Of a stretch of DNA of 64,000 nucleotides, positions 22,841 through 47,514 are shown in pieces. The first letter of the stretch is position 1; the number at the start of each line of letters is the position of its first letter. This stretch comes from Hydrolagus colliei. Its lineage: Eukaryota. Position numbers and translations under genes: made by a program. The stretch lies in the NCBI GenBank assembly GCA_035084275.1, contig CM068759.1:8618001-8682000 (forward strand). The letters are read 5' to 3'. The notes under the pieces were generated by a model. It was not told where the DNA came from and ran no database searches. It saw only the letters and a list, made by a program, of their open reading frames with translations.

Positions 22841-24189
22841 TAATTGTGCCCTGGAATACTCTAGACCTACTTAACTCAGGAACCAGACGAGACACCGTCA
22901 CAGAGGGCAGACTCGATTCCGAAATTCCATTGGCAGGCATGTCAACTTGGAACCAGTTCAACTCCAAGGTGGCCCCATTTGTACACACAAAATTATGTCA
23001 CCTCAAGTATACGTGAATTCAGGTTCTCCCAACCACCCCACACGTTTCACAGTCTCCTTCATTGTCTCCATTAAAAGATAGGCTGTCTGTTTAGTAAACC
23101 TGGCACTTCACTATTCAGGACAACAGTCATTGACTGCGGCCACTACAGCCCCCTCTTCCACTTAAAACATGCCATAAATCCCCCCACCGCCACTGGTGTG
23201 GGCTCCGGTCACACACGCGCAGGGAGTGTTGGGATCACAGAAGTAGCGCCAGCAGCAAATCGACTTCACCCGCCACCTGGGCCTTACCTGAACTCCTGTG
23301 GCTAATTCCTGGTAAGTGCTGTAAATAAACATGCCACCGCTGAAGCAGACAGCCTATCGTTTAACATGGACAATGAAAGAGACTAAAATATGACTGCAAT
23401 TGTGAGGCGGCTGGATTACTGAGGCAACCGCAAACTGGGTTTCTACTGTAGTCTCTCTCTTTAAACGTGAAGCTGCATAAACTGAAGAATCCCAACATAA
23501 TCACTGTGGAACAATTACCGGATGATGCACTCATCATACCTTATGTGTACACTAGCACATACTATAACACGCATTTATAATGAACAAAAAAATTATGTTG
23601 CCCCATGGCTTGAGACTGTGAAATAAACATGTTTTTCAAATACCAGTGGACTTAACTGATTTCTTCACTAACCCAGAAGGAAAGAATATAAAACCTTAAG
23701 AAGTTAATGATTACATTTTAGTAAAATAGAACACCACAACAGTAAAAACAAGTTTGAAATATAATGCTATTTAAAGAAACTGCAACAAGGTCAGCTGGAC
23801 TATTCTAGCAAACAGCTTGTTTTTAAACTTAGTCAGAAGTAGGTGAGAGTTCCTGAAGTTGACCCATGTGTTTTCTCCACGTGGAGCACTCCACACTTGA
23901 ACCTGATCTTTGTGGGAAATGCTGAGAAACCATTTTAAAAGAGGAAATTATTCCATTGGTAAGCTTCTGGGATTTAGCAGTGGAGACTGTGATGATGGAG
24001 TTTGCACTAACCTAATCGCTAGCATTTACATACATTCACATCGGAAAACTCTTTTGTTTTAAACATACAGCCACGCAGCTCTTCTGGGTTCTTTCTCTCG
24101 CCCAAACCTGAGGCAATTCAAGCACTATTCTCCACTTGTCGGGACATTCATCAGAATTGTAGTGGTCACATATTATTTTCCACTTGTGA

Positions 24190-24680
24190 AGATATTACTG
24201 ATCTTCATGGTTAGAGCTTACAATGGGAAAATCCCAATAGGACTGGCACTCAACCAGTCTGTGCTTATACTCTACCCGAGTCTCAATCCATTCCTCACTC
24301 CCTCCAATACCCTCCTATTTCCTCTCTCCCTCATGTGGAGGTCTAGCTTCTTCTTAAATGCATTATTTCTATCTGATTCAACCCTGCTTCACACGGCAAG
24401 TTCCAAATCTCATTACCCTTAGGGTGAAGTATATCCTCCTAAATTCTCTTTTAACTGGTGGCTATCTTATTTGTCCCCTGATTACGGACTCCCCAAACAG
24501 CAGATAGTCTATTTATGTTAACGTTATTTAAGTTAAACAGTTCTATAGACACTTAAATGTCTCTTCTTTACTGACTGAATAAAAGCCTAACCTATCCATA
24601 GTTTTTCTTGATAGGGCTAAACTGCCAGCCCTGGTATTATTTTTGTAACCTACTTTGTACCCTTTCCATCGCTGTTATAT
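24190..24680 (-). mobile_element. Degenerate CR1-type LINE 3' fragment
   Basis: Decayed CR1 3'-end wording with no intact ORF. Confidence 0.45.
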
Positions 24681-25701
24681 CCTTCTTATGTTAAAGGTTC
24701 ATTCATGCAGACTTAGGTGGACACATGTATGAATACATGTTGTTTGTGCTCCAGAGTTGAAATTATGTTTGGTCTAAGTGAAAGGCGGGGGTACAATATG
24801 AGAATTTTTGTGCAGCTTTGCATTATATGCTACAAACCGAATATAACAGGATAGTGATGCACATTATGTGAATAACCACATTTTGAGTGAAGACAATCAT
24901 TTGATTGTTGAGTCACAGCAGCGTTCTAAGTGGTGTGGCTATTGGCAGGTTCTAGAGAAGCGAAAGATCACGTTGTTCTGGGAACCCCACTCTACAGAAC
25001 TGTGATATCGCTTCAGTTTAAGTTCACATCTCCAAATGTCCTTGAAACACCTTGGAGACTTAATAAAAGGGACATTTTAGTTTCACAACTTTTGTCTTCT
25101 TGTTTAATATCATCCTTTCTCCCTGGATTTAGCCCAGCTGTCACAGAGTACCTGGACACCATGCTGTCAGACTAAGTGGCCTGTAGTTCCCAGGTTTATC
25201 TCAGTTCCTTTTTTTGATTTGTTTAGCTGGAATTCCTATCAGAGTTAGAGATCCATGAATGCCACCAATCCCAAATTAGAATGCCCAGGTGGCAAGCCAT
25301 TACAGATAAGTGCTTTGGGACGTAACAGTGGTGGCGCTTGACACTGTGCCTGGGAGAGAGGGGAGGTACTATAGTCACAGTGAAAAATAACACATCCATA
25401 TGTGATATGAACAATAACAAAATTGCACTTATAAAGCGCCTTTCACGTCGGGAGGATGTCCCAAAGTGCTGAACAGACAGGTCGGGACACGAGTGGGGGG
25501 TGGGGGGAGTGATAGGGGTAAGGGGCTACCTGAAGATTGGCAAACAGGACTATCTATGTACTGGCAACGCATGTTGCCAACAGTCAGCATACAATATATA
25601 GCATTTAATGTACAGATATCAGTAGATATTGTTAGAGATCATTTTCTGTTTTGTATGCCAATTTCTTGATCAGAAAAATAAGCATTTTGGTAGCAGAACT
25701 T

Positions 25702-25720
25702 CACTGCCACCTGGTGACTG
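25702..25720 (-). promoter_or_regulatory. Candidate CTCF-binding motif
   Basis: Reverse complement CAGTCACCAGGTGGCAGTG closely fits the CCACCAGGTGGCAG consensus. Confidence 0.45.
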
Positions 25721-26244
25721 CTCTTCTGTGATGCTGTATTTATTATTACATGCTCCTTGCCTCTTCAGCTGTGCTGGGCCAATAGAAAACTGTGGGAATA
25801 TTTGCCAATAACTACGGAGAGATTCTACCAATGTTTGCTTGAAAGATGGTTTACCGGAAACTCATTGGCCCTGAGGTAGTAGACTCTTTCAGGATACCGC
25901 AGCCAACTAAACCTCAGAGAGGCAAAGGATAGTTCTCTGTGCTTAGAGGAGACAGGCATCTCAGTCAATCTACAACCTACATTGTTCAGCATGACGATTT
26001 ACCATCCACCAATGATGTTTCTAAGGTAAACAACAGAGAAAAGACAACATTTATATGTAAACTGTCATACCAAACCTCAATCAGATATTCAATCAACCTT
26101 ATAATCATGACATGACACAAATTCCTCTGCTGGGAGTCCAATCTGCACATTTACCATTATACAAGAGAACATTTCTTGTAACCGGTCTTCACCGGTGTCC
26201 TTTAGTTCTACAATTACAAATAAATAACAAATTTTTGAGCTTTT

Positions 26245-27068
26245 ATAATAATTATCTTTGCATTTGATAATAATCGTATCACGTCTACAAGACGTCTCAA
26301 AGAACTTCACAGAATATACAGAATATACTGTAAAGTGATTTGACTATATATTTTGTGGGCGAAATGTGGCAGCTAATTCACACAGCAATGTCCCACAAAC
26401 AGTTATGGTTTGAAGTGACCAATTTATTATTTTTTTAAAGGAATTATTAACCCTGAAAAAGCGATCCACCCATCGTTTAACATTTGTGCTCCTACTTACT
26501 GCTAGGTAAACTTGTGAGGAAACTTGCCCAACATTTCGCCCTGCCGGGACTCAAATCTAGGCTTGCGAGTGCTCTAACCACTGATCTGAAGGACACCACA
26601 AAATCTGAGATTATATTATGATTGCCAGTCTTAATTTCTGTTGGTGATACTTATTACCTTCATATGCGATTTTTGGTGTGAAAAACTAAGCACCACCGTG
26701 CTGGCACTTCTCTCAAAGTGGCATCCCCTCACTTTCCTGTGCTCTAACCATTGAGCTCCTATGGCTTGTCTTGCAAGTTGGGGAGACTTGTGTTCGATCC
26801 AGGCAGATCAGGGCGAAACCTTAGGCAAGTTTCCTTACTCCACACGTCTAATAATAATCCCTCCAAAAAACCCACAATAATAAAAATTGGTAATTTCAAT
26901 CCACGACTGTTTGTGGGACACTGCTGTGTGCAATTGGCTGCCGAGATTCGCCCACAAATATATACAGTCAATTCACTTTACAGTATATTCTGTGAAGCGC
27001 TTTGGGATGTTGATAAAATGCGAAAAGCGCTAAATCAAATGCAAGGATTATTATCATAATATTATTAT
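26245..27068. mobile_element. Inverted pair of near full-length SINEs
   Basis: Minus copy ~26245-26590 and plus copy ~26750-27068. Confidence 0.75.
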
Positions 27069-27539
27069 TTCTGACCGTGAATTTATGTTTTCATATGTGT
27101 ATGTGTATACAATGGGACATATTCTCCTATATTTTTAAGTCAAATGGGATGCTCGCTAAATTGCCGAATCAGCTGAATTCAGATCCTCTGAAGTCGTACT
27201 CGGGTAGGTTTCAGTCGGGAGGACGTCCCACGAAGCAGGACATTTGGAGGTTTGTACCCGACCTGGGTTGCATTTGGGGGTTGCATTCGAAAAGGGCAGG
27301 GGCCCTCAGGTGGTGGGGAAAAAATGCCCAAGCCACGGTCAACCATCATTTTGACATGAGCCTTGAAGGAGTGAGTGAGTGAGTGGTTCAGAGTGTATGC
27401 TGCTGATAGCACTCAGTGCTATATAAATGTATTACTGTATTCAGAGAATGAGTGTTATTCAAATATCCAAACTGTTACTCAGCCTGGGTGTGGTTACTCG
27501 CTGATGCTCCTCCCCCATCACTGGCCTATCATTAGACTC

Positions 27540-27640
27540 ACCTGCTCAGGCGCCCGGGAAGGGGATGTGTACTGCGCATGCGCACGGGGTGGGGTTTCCC
27601 GCCTCTTGCGAGAGGGCGCGAAGCGACAACACGAGCAGCG
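27540..27640 (+). promoter_or_regulatory. CpG-rich CTCFL promoter and non-coding first exon
   Basis: Perfect NRF1 palindrome TGCGCATGCGCA (27573-27584), E2F-type GGCGCCCGGGAA (27549-27560) and TTTCCCGCC (27595-27603). Donor GCG|GTGAGC at 27640/27641; acceptor at 28774/28775. Confidence 0.65.
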
Positions 27641-27659
27641 GTGAGCAACCGTCACCTTT

Positions 27660-28345
27660 TCTCCCCCACACACCTCACCCCCCCCCACCCCCACACACAC
27701 ACACCTTACCCCCCCACACACGCACCCCACCTCACCCCCCCCACACACACCCCTCACACCCCCACCCTCCACACACACACCCCTCAAACCCCCCCACACA
27801 CACACCTCACCCCCCCACACACACACCCCTCAAACCCCCACACACACACACCTCACCCCCCCACACATTCCCCCACACATACACACCCCTTACCCCCCCA
27901 CACACGCACCCCACCTCACCCCCCCCCACACACACACACCCTCTCAACTACCCCTCCCACCTCAGGCCCTCCACACACAGCTCACAACCCCCACCTCGCC
28001 CCCACAAACACACACACCCCGTCTCAGACACCTCGACACACACCTCACCCCCCCGCACTGAGCACATACACCACCTCCCGCCTCACCCCCCCCCCCCCCC
28101 CCATCTCAGTCCCCCGCCTTAGCCATCCCTACACACACCACCCTGACCCCCATCCCCACCTCACCGCCACCTCTGCTCCCTCCATTCCCACACACACTGT
28201 CCACCTCATTCCCCCTAACCCCCCCCACCACCACACCCCCTCAGCCACCTCCACACACTCACACACACCCCACCGCCTGCCTCATCTCCCCTTCCTCGGG
28301 CCCCCCGACTCTACACCTCACCTCTCTCTCACCACCCCACTCAGC
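27660..28345. repeat. C/A-rich low-complexity tract (G-rich on minus strand)
   Basis: Degenerate cacacacccc(t) units. Confidence 0.85.
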
Positions 28346-28387
28346 CCTAGACAAACATTGTTTTATCAGCATATAGTAGACTAGCTG

Positions 28388-28699
28388 TACCCGTTGCAAC
28401 TTTGCTTACAAAGAAAGAACCAATATGGAATGTAGATTGACACACAGGCAAACGCAGGAACAGACATTTCATTTAGACATTATAGGCAGCTGGATGGATT
28501 TCTATGGGAGGACTCCTTTTGGGTAGACTCTGTGGGACACCTTTGATATATTTTTCTCTCAGTATCTCTCTTGTCTGACCCACATGGGAAGTTTCTAGCA
28601 TCTATGACAACCAGAAGAAAGATAAAGACAAAGTGTCTGTCTGTGTCAATCTGCATTTCATATTGGATTCTTTGGTTGCAATCAGAGATGGAACAGGTA
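28388..28699. mobile_element. Degenerate MITE-like inverted repeat in CTCFL intron 1
   Basis: The left arm ...aagaaccaatatggaatgtagattgacacacag is the imperfect reverse complement of ctgtgtcaatctgcatttcatattggattcttt... Confidence 0.55.
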
Positions 28700-28784
28700 T
28701 TTCTCTGCTCTTGTATGAGAAGAGTGTAATAATGCTTCCATTTTAAATCACATCAATATTTTCTTCGTATGCAGAATATTCAAG

Positions 28785-39326
<10,542 letters not shown>

Positions 39327-40747
39327 GAAACTAACCAAATGCTTTCTTATTGTAGTGGAAACAGCACCCTGTATTTTCTTCTAACAATTCTCCGTAGTTT
39401 ATTCTTTTCATATGCGCTGTTCGACACAATTTGCTTCCAAGAAAGAGATTATTCCCAGAATAGAACAAAAGTATTTTTAGAAGAAGAAAAAAGCATTTTG
39501 TAACTAATATGAAAAAGGAAGATTACGTCCTTCATTAGCTCAGATTGAAATTAATCACAGGAAAAGGGTATTTATAAAATACAGACAATATTAAGAATTT
39601 GTAAAACTATTACTGAACATTTTTGATATTCAATTTATGGATTTATATATTTTCTTTTGTGTGTCTTAATTGGACTTTGTAATTGGGTTTTGTTCAAAAT
39701 TCCATAGTCGGACCCTAACCAAAATTCTGAATGTTCTTGAGCTTGACTTTCTCTCTTGTGAGATCATTGAGTATGTGTCTCAGTGTCCCAGGCACATCTG
39801 CTTGCAGGAGAGCTGTGGGACTTGACTGTGCACATTCTCAAGTCAATTGGGTTTAAAGTGGGATTTCAGCTTCATTACATGGAATCAAAGCCAAGTTCTA
39901 TAAATGAATGTCAGTGAGATCCTTAGGCCAAACCTCCTAACTCTAAAATAACATGTGCACATATTGCACATATTAAGGATCAGAGTGACTCATGCCAACA
40001 CTTAATTACTTGACTCCTGTAGTAATGTTCCAAAATTCGAAGATCCTTTGAAAACAACACAGTACAATATTTCAAGCCTCTACAAACAAATTAATGCCTA
40101 GTTTAAGAATTTCTGATGGATAAGATTATGAGAACCAACAGAAAAAGAGTGAGGCTGATCAGAACTTTTGTGACATGCTATATCTGAACTAAGGATTGCA
40201 GTTGATCAATGCTATGGTTGTGAGTTTCTGCTAGTTGAGAAGTTGCAGTGCTAGATGCCAATGGGAAACGTGCTCTAGGGGGAGAATGAAGAATAGCTCT
40301 GAGTAAAACATTACTGACCTCCACCCTCACAGGATGGTTGTGGAACAAGTAATGAAGTGATTTTTCCCATAAGTACAAAACCGATTGATTCACCATTTAT
40401 TTCTAATTAATCTTCTCTTAGCTCTAGAATTGTGTTTAACTCTGTTAAGGCTGTGGTGTTCAAGTGAAGAACAGATGGTTAGAATATAGTCTTAGGGCAA
40501 AATTATTAGATCCTTTGATGCTTCTGTTTGTACCTCTGTTTTTGGTGCTTTCCATGAGCCCTTCACTACATAGGGTCAACTGTAAACTAATGCATCAGTT
40601 CCCTCTCAGATGTAGCACAAATCTAGGATTGTATTAAGCCTGCCCAATGGTGAGATGTAATTTATTTTGGTTGTTAAATTTGTCAATATTCACAGTGATC
40701 ATTTATCATCTTAATCGGTCCAAATCATTTTTAGTTACAAACTATTC

Positions 40748-40753
40748 AATAAA
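40748..40753 (+). terminator. Candidate CTCFL polyadenylation signal
   Basis: AATAAA ~1.4 kb downstream of the stop codon in an AT-rich UTR. Confidence 0.4.
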
Positions 40754-41494
40754 AGTGTTACTGAATTATTCTATGCAGTTTAAATGTTCATCAGTTAAAT
40801 GAATTGAATTCTGCACTATAAACAATGATTTTCTATGTGTGATTCCATTTCTACAATTATTTTAGATTTTGGCACATGTTGCAGTTCAATGATACCTTAA
40901 TGATATGTTAGAAGAAGCATAGAACAGCAAATACAAGCTGCTCCAACACTGTTTCTGATGTTTGTAATTGTTATTTCTGAAATGGAATGGAAAGTTTAAC
41001 ATGGATGAAAAGAGATTGTAACTGATGACATATTGGGGTGGCCGTGCTCATTGGCTGAGTTATTTTAAAGAGGACTCTTGTTCTTAGGGGTTGGGGAAAG
41101 CTGAGTAGGCTCCAAGGTAACATCTTTGGGAATGAAATGTCGGAATCAAATCAACCTATTTGGTTTTACCTAGGTAACCTCCATCAGTAAACACGGTGAT
41201 GGGTTTCAGCATGTGTCAGACACCCAGCTAACCCCAAACAATTTCTTAGCAAAATTGATATTATTAAACAAGTTCACTCTTACTGTAATAAGATTATATT
41301 GGGAATAAAAACCCAAAGAATTACAATAATCCATCTGCATATTTTCTGCATTTTTTCATGTGGTGCATGTATTGAACACATTACTTTTGATTAAATATAC
41401 ACATTTTACACCACTGACTGTCTATATTCCTTTTCACTTGTGGAAGAGTGCAACGCTTTGTTAAAATCATACTCAATAAGCATTATAAAGGTAT

Positions 41495-41670
41495 CAAGTT
41501 GGTAGCGCTTGCCTTTGGGTCAGAAGTTTGCAGAGACTTTATTTTGCGATTGAGGCTAACCATCAGTACAGTGCTGGGGAACACTACATTTTTATAGGTG
41601 CTGTCCTTTGGATAAGATATTAAAACCAAGTCCTGTCTGCCTGTCCTCAGATGAATATTAAAGATCCATG
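41495..41670 (+). mobile_element. Old Deu-domain-type SINE fragment
   Basis: tRNA-like head followed by gtgctgtcctttggataagatattaaaaccaag...taaagatcc. Related fragments occur at ~8160-8350, ~48945-49075 and ~53690-53850. Confidence 0.5.
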
Positions 41671-42225
41671 ATACCTGAGCCTAATATCTGCACTAATTGG
41701 GACCAACTACATGGTATATATGAAAATAATGTGGTCATCAAATGTACAATGTGCAACAGCAAATTATATCTGTGTAGTGCTTTTCCGATCAGGAAACATA
41801 CATTCCAAGGACATCCCTTCTATATTATCAATATACTGCACACAATGCCAGCCTTTCTACATCTCTCACAGGCCTTTAACTTTTCTCTCTCATATCACGA
41901 CTGTCCGTGTCTCACATTCAGAGTCTTGTATTCTGTATACATAATTGTCTTTGTGTGTTTCTCTCCATGAATTTAACCTGCATTTGCTTCTCTGCACATC
42001 ACGCTGCAAGTAATATTCCATGTGCATACTTGTGCTCAGCTCACAGGTATTTCAGCCAACTCAAATTCTGCATCTTAGCCCTGAGGTTAGCAGAGGTGTG
42101 GTTATATGACACGTGGATGGGAATCTATTCAAAAAAGACATTTTTTACCAATGTCTAGTTGATAACCAACACATCTAGATTAGTTCGGCACATGGGACCT
42201 TATTCTGTGATATGTTGTGTCAGTT

Positions 42226-42245
42226 TGGTCATTAGATGGCGCTGT
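42226..42245 (+). promoter_or_regulatory. Candidate CTCF-binding motif
   Basis: TGGTCATTAGATGGCGCTG resembles TGGCCACYAGRKGGCGCT. Confidence 0.4.
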
Positions 42246-43889
42246 CATGCCTTGAAATAATTTAGAATAATTCCCTTCCGTCAACTTGGACTCTAACCAA
42301 TCTGTGGCCAGTTTAGCTGTTTAACTCCCAAACAGACTTATTGGTAACTTGAAATGTTGATCATTGGTAAATAATTCACCATTCCACATGGCAACGGTTA
42401 CATGCCCCTCAATCAGAGAGAAACCACGACCGTGCATGTTTATATAATGGTGTTTGGGAAATTCTCCTGATATGGAAGGCGATACAGAAATATAAATTTG
42501 CATTATATGAAAAGACATTAGGCTGTTGAAGAAGATAGCATCGGGCTGATTTGCAAATTGTAGGTCGCACATATTTGATCCGGTATTGCTGGGGAAGGCA
42601 ACAGCCAAGTACAGTACAATCACTAAATATAACAACCACTTGCTCTTGTACAGTACCCTCCACCCTGCACAGCATCTCAATTTAACAGTGGCGGAGCCTG
42701 ACTTTGAGCTTGGTAATACTAATCAACTTAACAATTACAGTGATAATAATAACAACGATATTAATAGGAATAATGGTCTCCCTCCTGTCAGTCACTGGTT
42801 ACTGGGAAGGGAAAGAGACAGAAAAAAAGTACCTTATATTCACTAAAATCTTCATTAAAGTGTGACACGATTTACATAATTTTAGCAGGGTTTGTAGCCA
42901 AATAGTTGGTTAATAACAACTCACGCTTATACAGGGAGGACATTCCAAAGTGCCAAGAAGTCAGATATTTGGACGTGTGTGTTGGTGGGGATGTGCAAAA
43001 GGAGAGTTCTTCAAGTAGAAAGTATTTCATTGTAGATTTGATCTTCCCTTTTAAACTCCAGCATAAGACCTGCAGAACTATAGCCGAAAACATGTACAAC
43101 TGTCAGTTCATATTGAACCCGTCCAGTTCAATATGAACTGACATTTGCAATGTTACTTACAAATCAGCGTGCTGTTCAACATGCAAAGTATTATCGCTAT
43201 TATCCTTGAGAGGATCCCAGACTGACCTGTGACATGCCTTTGAGAGAGGAAGGGTTGTCATCCCCCATCATGACACTTTGACAATGTTGTGTTGTTTAAA
43301 TGCATTCAGCTGTTTCTCAAGGGGGAAACTGGTGATTTACCATGTCACCATGGCTTCATGCACATAGGCTCCCGCTGTTAGCTACTGTTTGCCTGGCAGC
43401 ACGGAAGACTCCCACACAAGCAGCAATCTGCCACTGCCTGTTCTTTCATGAGGTCAAGGGCAGCATCCTGCATTACGCGAGTCTCCGCTCGCACTTGGAG
43501 AGTGTCCCACATCTGCCCTTCATACAATCCAGGTCAAGGTCACAATGATTGGCAGGACTTCATGAGAAAAAGCAAGGAAATAATTACAAATGGTAGAATT
43601 CACAGCAAACCCCACTAAAACAGACAAAGCTTCTTAATTGTCTTCTGGTGCAGCGAAATGTGTGGAAACAACTATTCAGGAGGCCAGCAAATCTCAAAAT
43701 AAGTGAGGATTGACACTTACAGCTTGGCTCTGGGGCTTCAAATATCATTGTGAGTTTAGAAAAATGCTTTAGAACCCTTTCACTACCGCAAACATTTGGT
43801 TCTAGGCTGCCACGATAGTCAACACAACTACAACAACTTGAATTACATATCGCCCCTCACAAAAGGTAGCCATCCCAGGGCAATCTGTT

Positions 43890-44100
43890 TGTAATCTAAT
43901 AATAATCCCTCCAAAAAATTAATTGGGTCATTTCAATTCACGACTGTTTGTGGGACGCTGCTGAATGCAACTGGCTGCTGCGTTTCACCCGCAAATATAC
44001 AGTCAATTCACTTTACAGTATATTCTGTGAATCACTTTGAGACTTCTAGAAGATGTGAAAAAGCGCAATATCAAATGCAAGGATTATTATTATTGTTGTT
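43890..44100 (+). mobile_element. SINE 3' half
   Basis: Family core and (tat)n tail. Confidence 0.75.
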
Positions 44101-47100
44101 ATTTTTTGTTCGCGTTTGCCTCAACGAGATGGGTATTGTTAGTGAGAGAAGATTGATGCGGTCATTTCTGGTAAGGTTCCTTGATTCTAATTAATGAATT
44201 GCAAGAAATATTGAAATGAGCCCGATCTCTCTGGAGACCCAACCTCCCATTTTGTCATCAAAGCTGTTTCTTGTAAGTGTCCAGCACATTGGGCTGCATC
44301 AGAGTGGGCGACAACTGGGCTTGTGCTTTGCTACAATAATGGATTGCTTTGGAGAGAAGATAAGGCACGTTTCAGGAGTCGTTAACATCATTAACTGTGA
44401 CCAATTGTTCACAATTGTTACATAATTCTGCGTGAGTGTCCCGGGACACCCGAGGGGTCTGCTTGGATCTGAACAGGTTCCAAGGTGACAGATTTGATAA
44501 CCGAATATCGGAATCAAGTCATCCCTCTGTTTCTGCAGCAGACAACCTGCTGACAAATAAAAGTTCATTAACATCTGCCACGGCACCACTGCCTAAAAGT
44601 AGAGCTGGATGAATACGTAACATATGATTAATACAGAGGAGGATTATTTAATCTTGGCCACAAGATTGGAAGATATGACTTGGATAGAAAAAGCACTTCA
44701 GGCCATTTGTCCCTCCATCACAGCATCCAGCTACTGTTCAAATGAGTTCAGTATCCCGGCCTCAACCACCTTTCCTGAAAACCTGCTGCAGTCGTTAATT
44801 ACTCTCTGAGCAAAGGTGGCTTCCTGGTGTGTGTGTGTGTGTGTCTGTCTGTCTGTCTGTGTGCTCTCCAGTGTCAGTTATGAATCATTCAAATTTTCAT
44901 CCATTGTTTACAAAATGTCACCAGAAAATTTTGATTAAATTCAAATGTGTTCATTCCCAGATATCTGTGTCTCTGTAAACCATCCATTTCCTCTGATTAG
45001 GTTAGGTCTATTAAACCTAATTTTCCTGCACAAACACTTGGGTTAGATTCCGGTCTACGGCTCACTCTGGGGACGCCCTTCTGACATGAACGGTGCTGTA
45101 GAAATGCAAGTTATTGTTGTTGTTGAGTATTTTCCATCGGAACCACTTCATCAGATTTAAGCCTGTAACTCTCAACTATTCATTACTGGGGGGGATTAAC
45201 CACCTGAGCCTAATAATATCCATCATTCTGTATTGTCTTCAGTTTACATTGAAATATTTCTCACAGGTCACTGTATCCTATTGACTTGGATTGGACTGAA
45301 TTACTGAATGAAGGATTTGCAAACGGTCTATTTATATTTTATTGCTGCTGCTGCTGCTGCTTATTACCTCCCCTGATCTGCACTGAACATTCCTTGGCAA
45401 AGCTGCTAACACGATTATCATTGCCTCAAAGGTGTAGGGTCTTGGCAGAGCCAGGGAGATGTCAAATCAGTTTGCAGTAATCAGTGCGTGATGAATGCTA
45501 GATGCCACCGATGGAGTGGATCCAAGTGACTTTCTCACACTGGCAATCAGCGATGTGCCATTTCTGATGAGCTGTTTACATGCCAGCTTCTCACTGACTG
45601 CTCACCAACAATAGCACAGCATTGTAACAGGCAGCTGGGAGCAACCTTGCCATCCACAGAGGCGCTCTGCAGGTTTTTGCGGGGGTGGAGGGGGCAGTGG
45701 GGCGGCATGCTTCGCAAACAAATTTAATTACTGCTGACAAGCAAAACAGAATGGATTTGAAAACTGTTCCACCTCTCTGTGTTGCTCCTCTCCCTCCCTC
45801 CCACTTCATTGTGAGGGTCTGGTTTGATGGCAGTGAGGGAGAATTAGCCAGCAAACAGTTACACACACACACACGCGCGCGCTTTGGAAAGGGCTCTGTC
45901 AATGCCAGCAGCGGATAGCTCTTTAACTCGAATGAAAAATGACAGAAACACCTGTTGTGACCTTGTCTGGGAGCCCAGAGTTCAAGCAGTGAGCTGTAGC
46001 TACCTGTCACTCTGTCACTCACTGCTCTCTTAACAAACACACAGAACTTACATTCTTATAAAGCACTGCATTTATACTGAAACCATCTCAAACCATGTGG
46101 CAGCAATTTCCGTTGACACTATATATTTATGGGCAACCTCCCCCCCACCCCCCATCTCTCTCTCTCTCTCACACACACACAGAGAAAGGTGACAAAATAA
46201 ATCACTGCATAAGGATTTACTCAGTTGCAAAATAAATTGGAATCCACTAGATTTGTATTTAGATAGAAAACACTGGCTTAAAACACAACGAGCATCTGCA
46301 ATGAGTGGTTCTTTATTGTTTGAACAATAACAATCGTGCAAATGTGGTCCCAATGTCAAATGCGATTTGTTGTTGTTGTCGTTGTTGTTGTTGAGATAGT
46401 ATTTCTCTCATAGGGAGAAATGAGAGAAATAAATGGTCTCCTTCATCTCTGCCTGATGGACAGAAATTGTCCTTCATTGCACCTCAGTACACCAAAACGT
46501 CTTGGAAGAGTTGCTTCACAGGGATTACTGTCTAATTGTTGTTCTCCCTTGTTAAGCATGGGAGCCATTTGGAGCCCAGCAAGACCCACAAACAGGCGTG
46601 TGAGATGCCGCGTGACCAATTTCAGCTGAAGGATTTTTGGCCAACGAGAAACTTCCCTCCCTCGTTCCGAATAGTGTGGTGTCATCGGAAGCTTTAACGC
46701 TGGCACAAAGAAGCAGGGTGATGTGGTTCATCGTCTCATCCAAAAGTCAACACCTTCAACATCACAGTGTTGCCAAGCAGCGAACTGATATTTTACATAT
46801 TTAAAAAACTAACTGGTCAACAGCAGCTAGTCATGCAGAACGTTCCAACACACCAGCAACAGTTGTGGGCACGTTATATAAAGCATTTGCAGGAGTGTTT
46901 CCCAAGTGAAGTGTCGGTTGGCTGTCATTGTAATCTCTTGTAATCCTTTATCTGAATAATAGGTTGGAAGGTGGTTGGGTTCCAATGTGGGACTGTCCAA
47001 TGCTTCCGACACAAAGCGTTGCTAAGGTAAAACACTCCTCTGTTCCTTCATTGTGAGACGCTGGTGTTTAAACACACTGAGATGCAGTGGGTGGTGGGGG

Positions 47101-47514
47101 TGGGGGGAGGCCAGGGTAGTGTTGTGTAGGATCTCAGGCTGCCCTGGGAGGTAAAACCACAAGCCTGGGCATGTTTATCAACACAGGCAGGAAATGCTCA
47201 CTGCTCCCTGTGGAGGGGAATTCAGGCAACACCCTTTATGCCCCATTTCCTCTTCAGATCTCTGGCTTGATCGGTAGAAAAGCGAGAGTACCATAGTAAC
47301 AACCCACAGAGATGCATGTACATAGCTATAAACATCTACAATTTCCACTATGAATAGACATTAGTTGAAAGGACGCATAGCTGTACAGTACTGTACTGGA
47401 GGAAATATTGAGCTTAATTGTCCAAATCAGTGTATGTTAACTGTCAGTTAACATTTAAAATGCTCCATCTTGTATATTCTGCTGTGAACCAACCTAGATT
47501 GGTATTCCCTACAT

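Noticed and set aside
27518-28384. Long His/Pro/Thr-rich ORFs (185 and 268 aa)
   Set aside because: They are translations of a low-complexity CA-rich tract in CTCFL intron 1.
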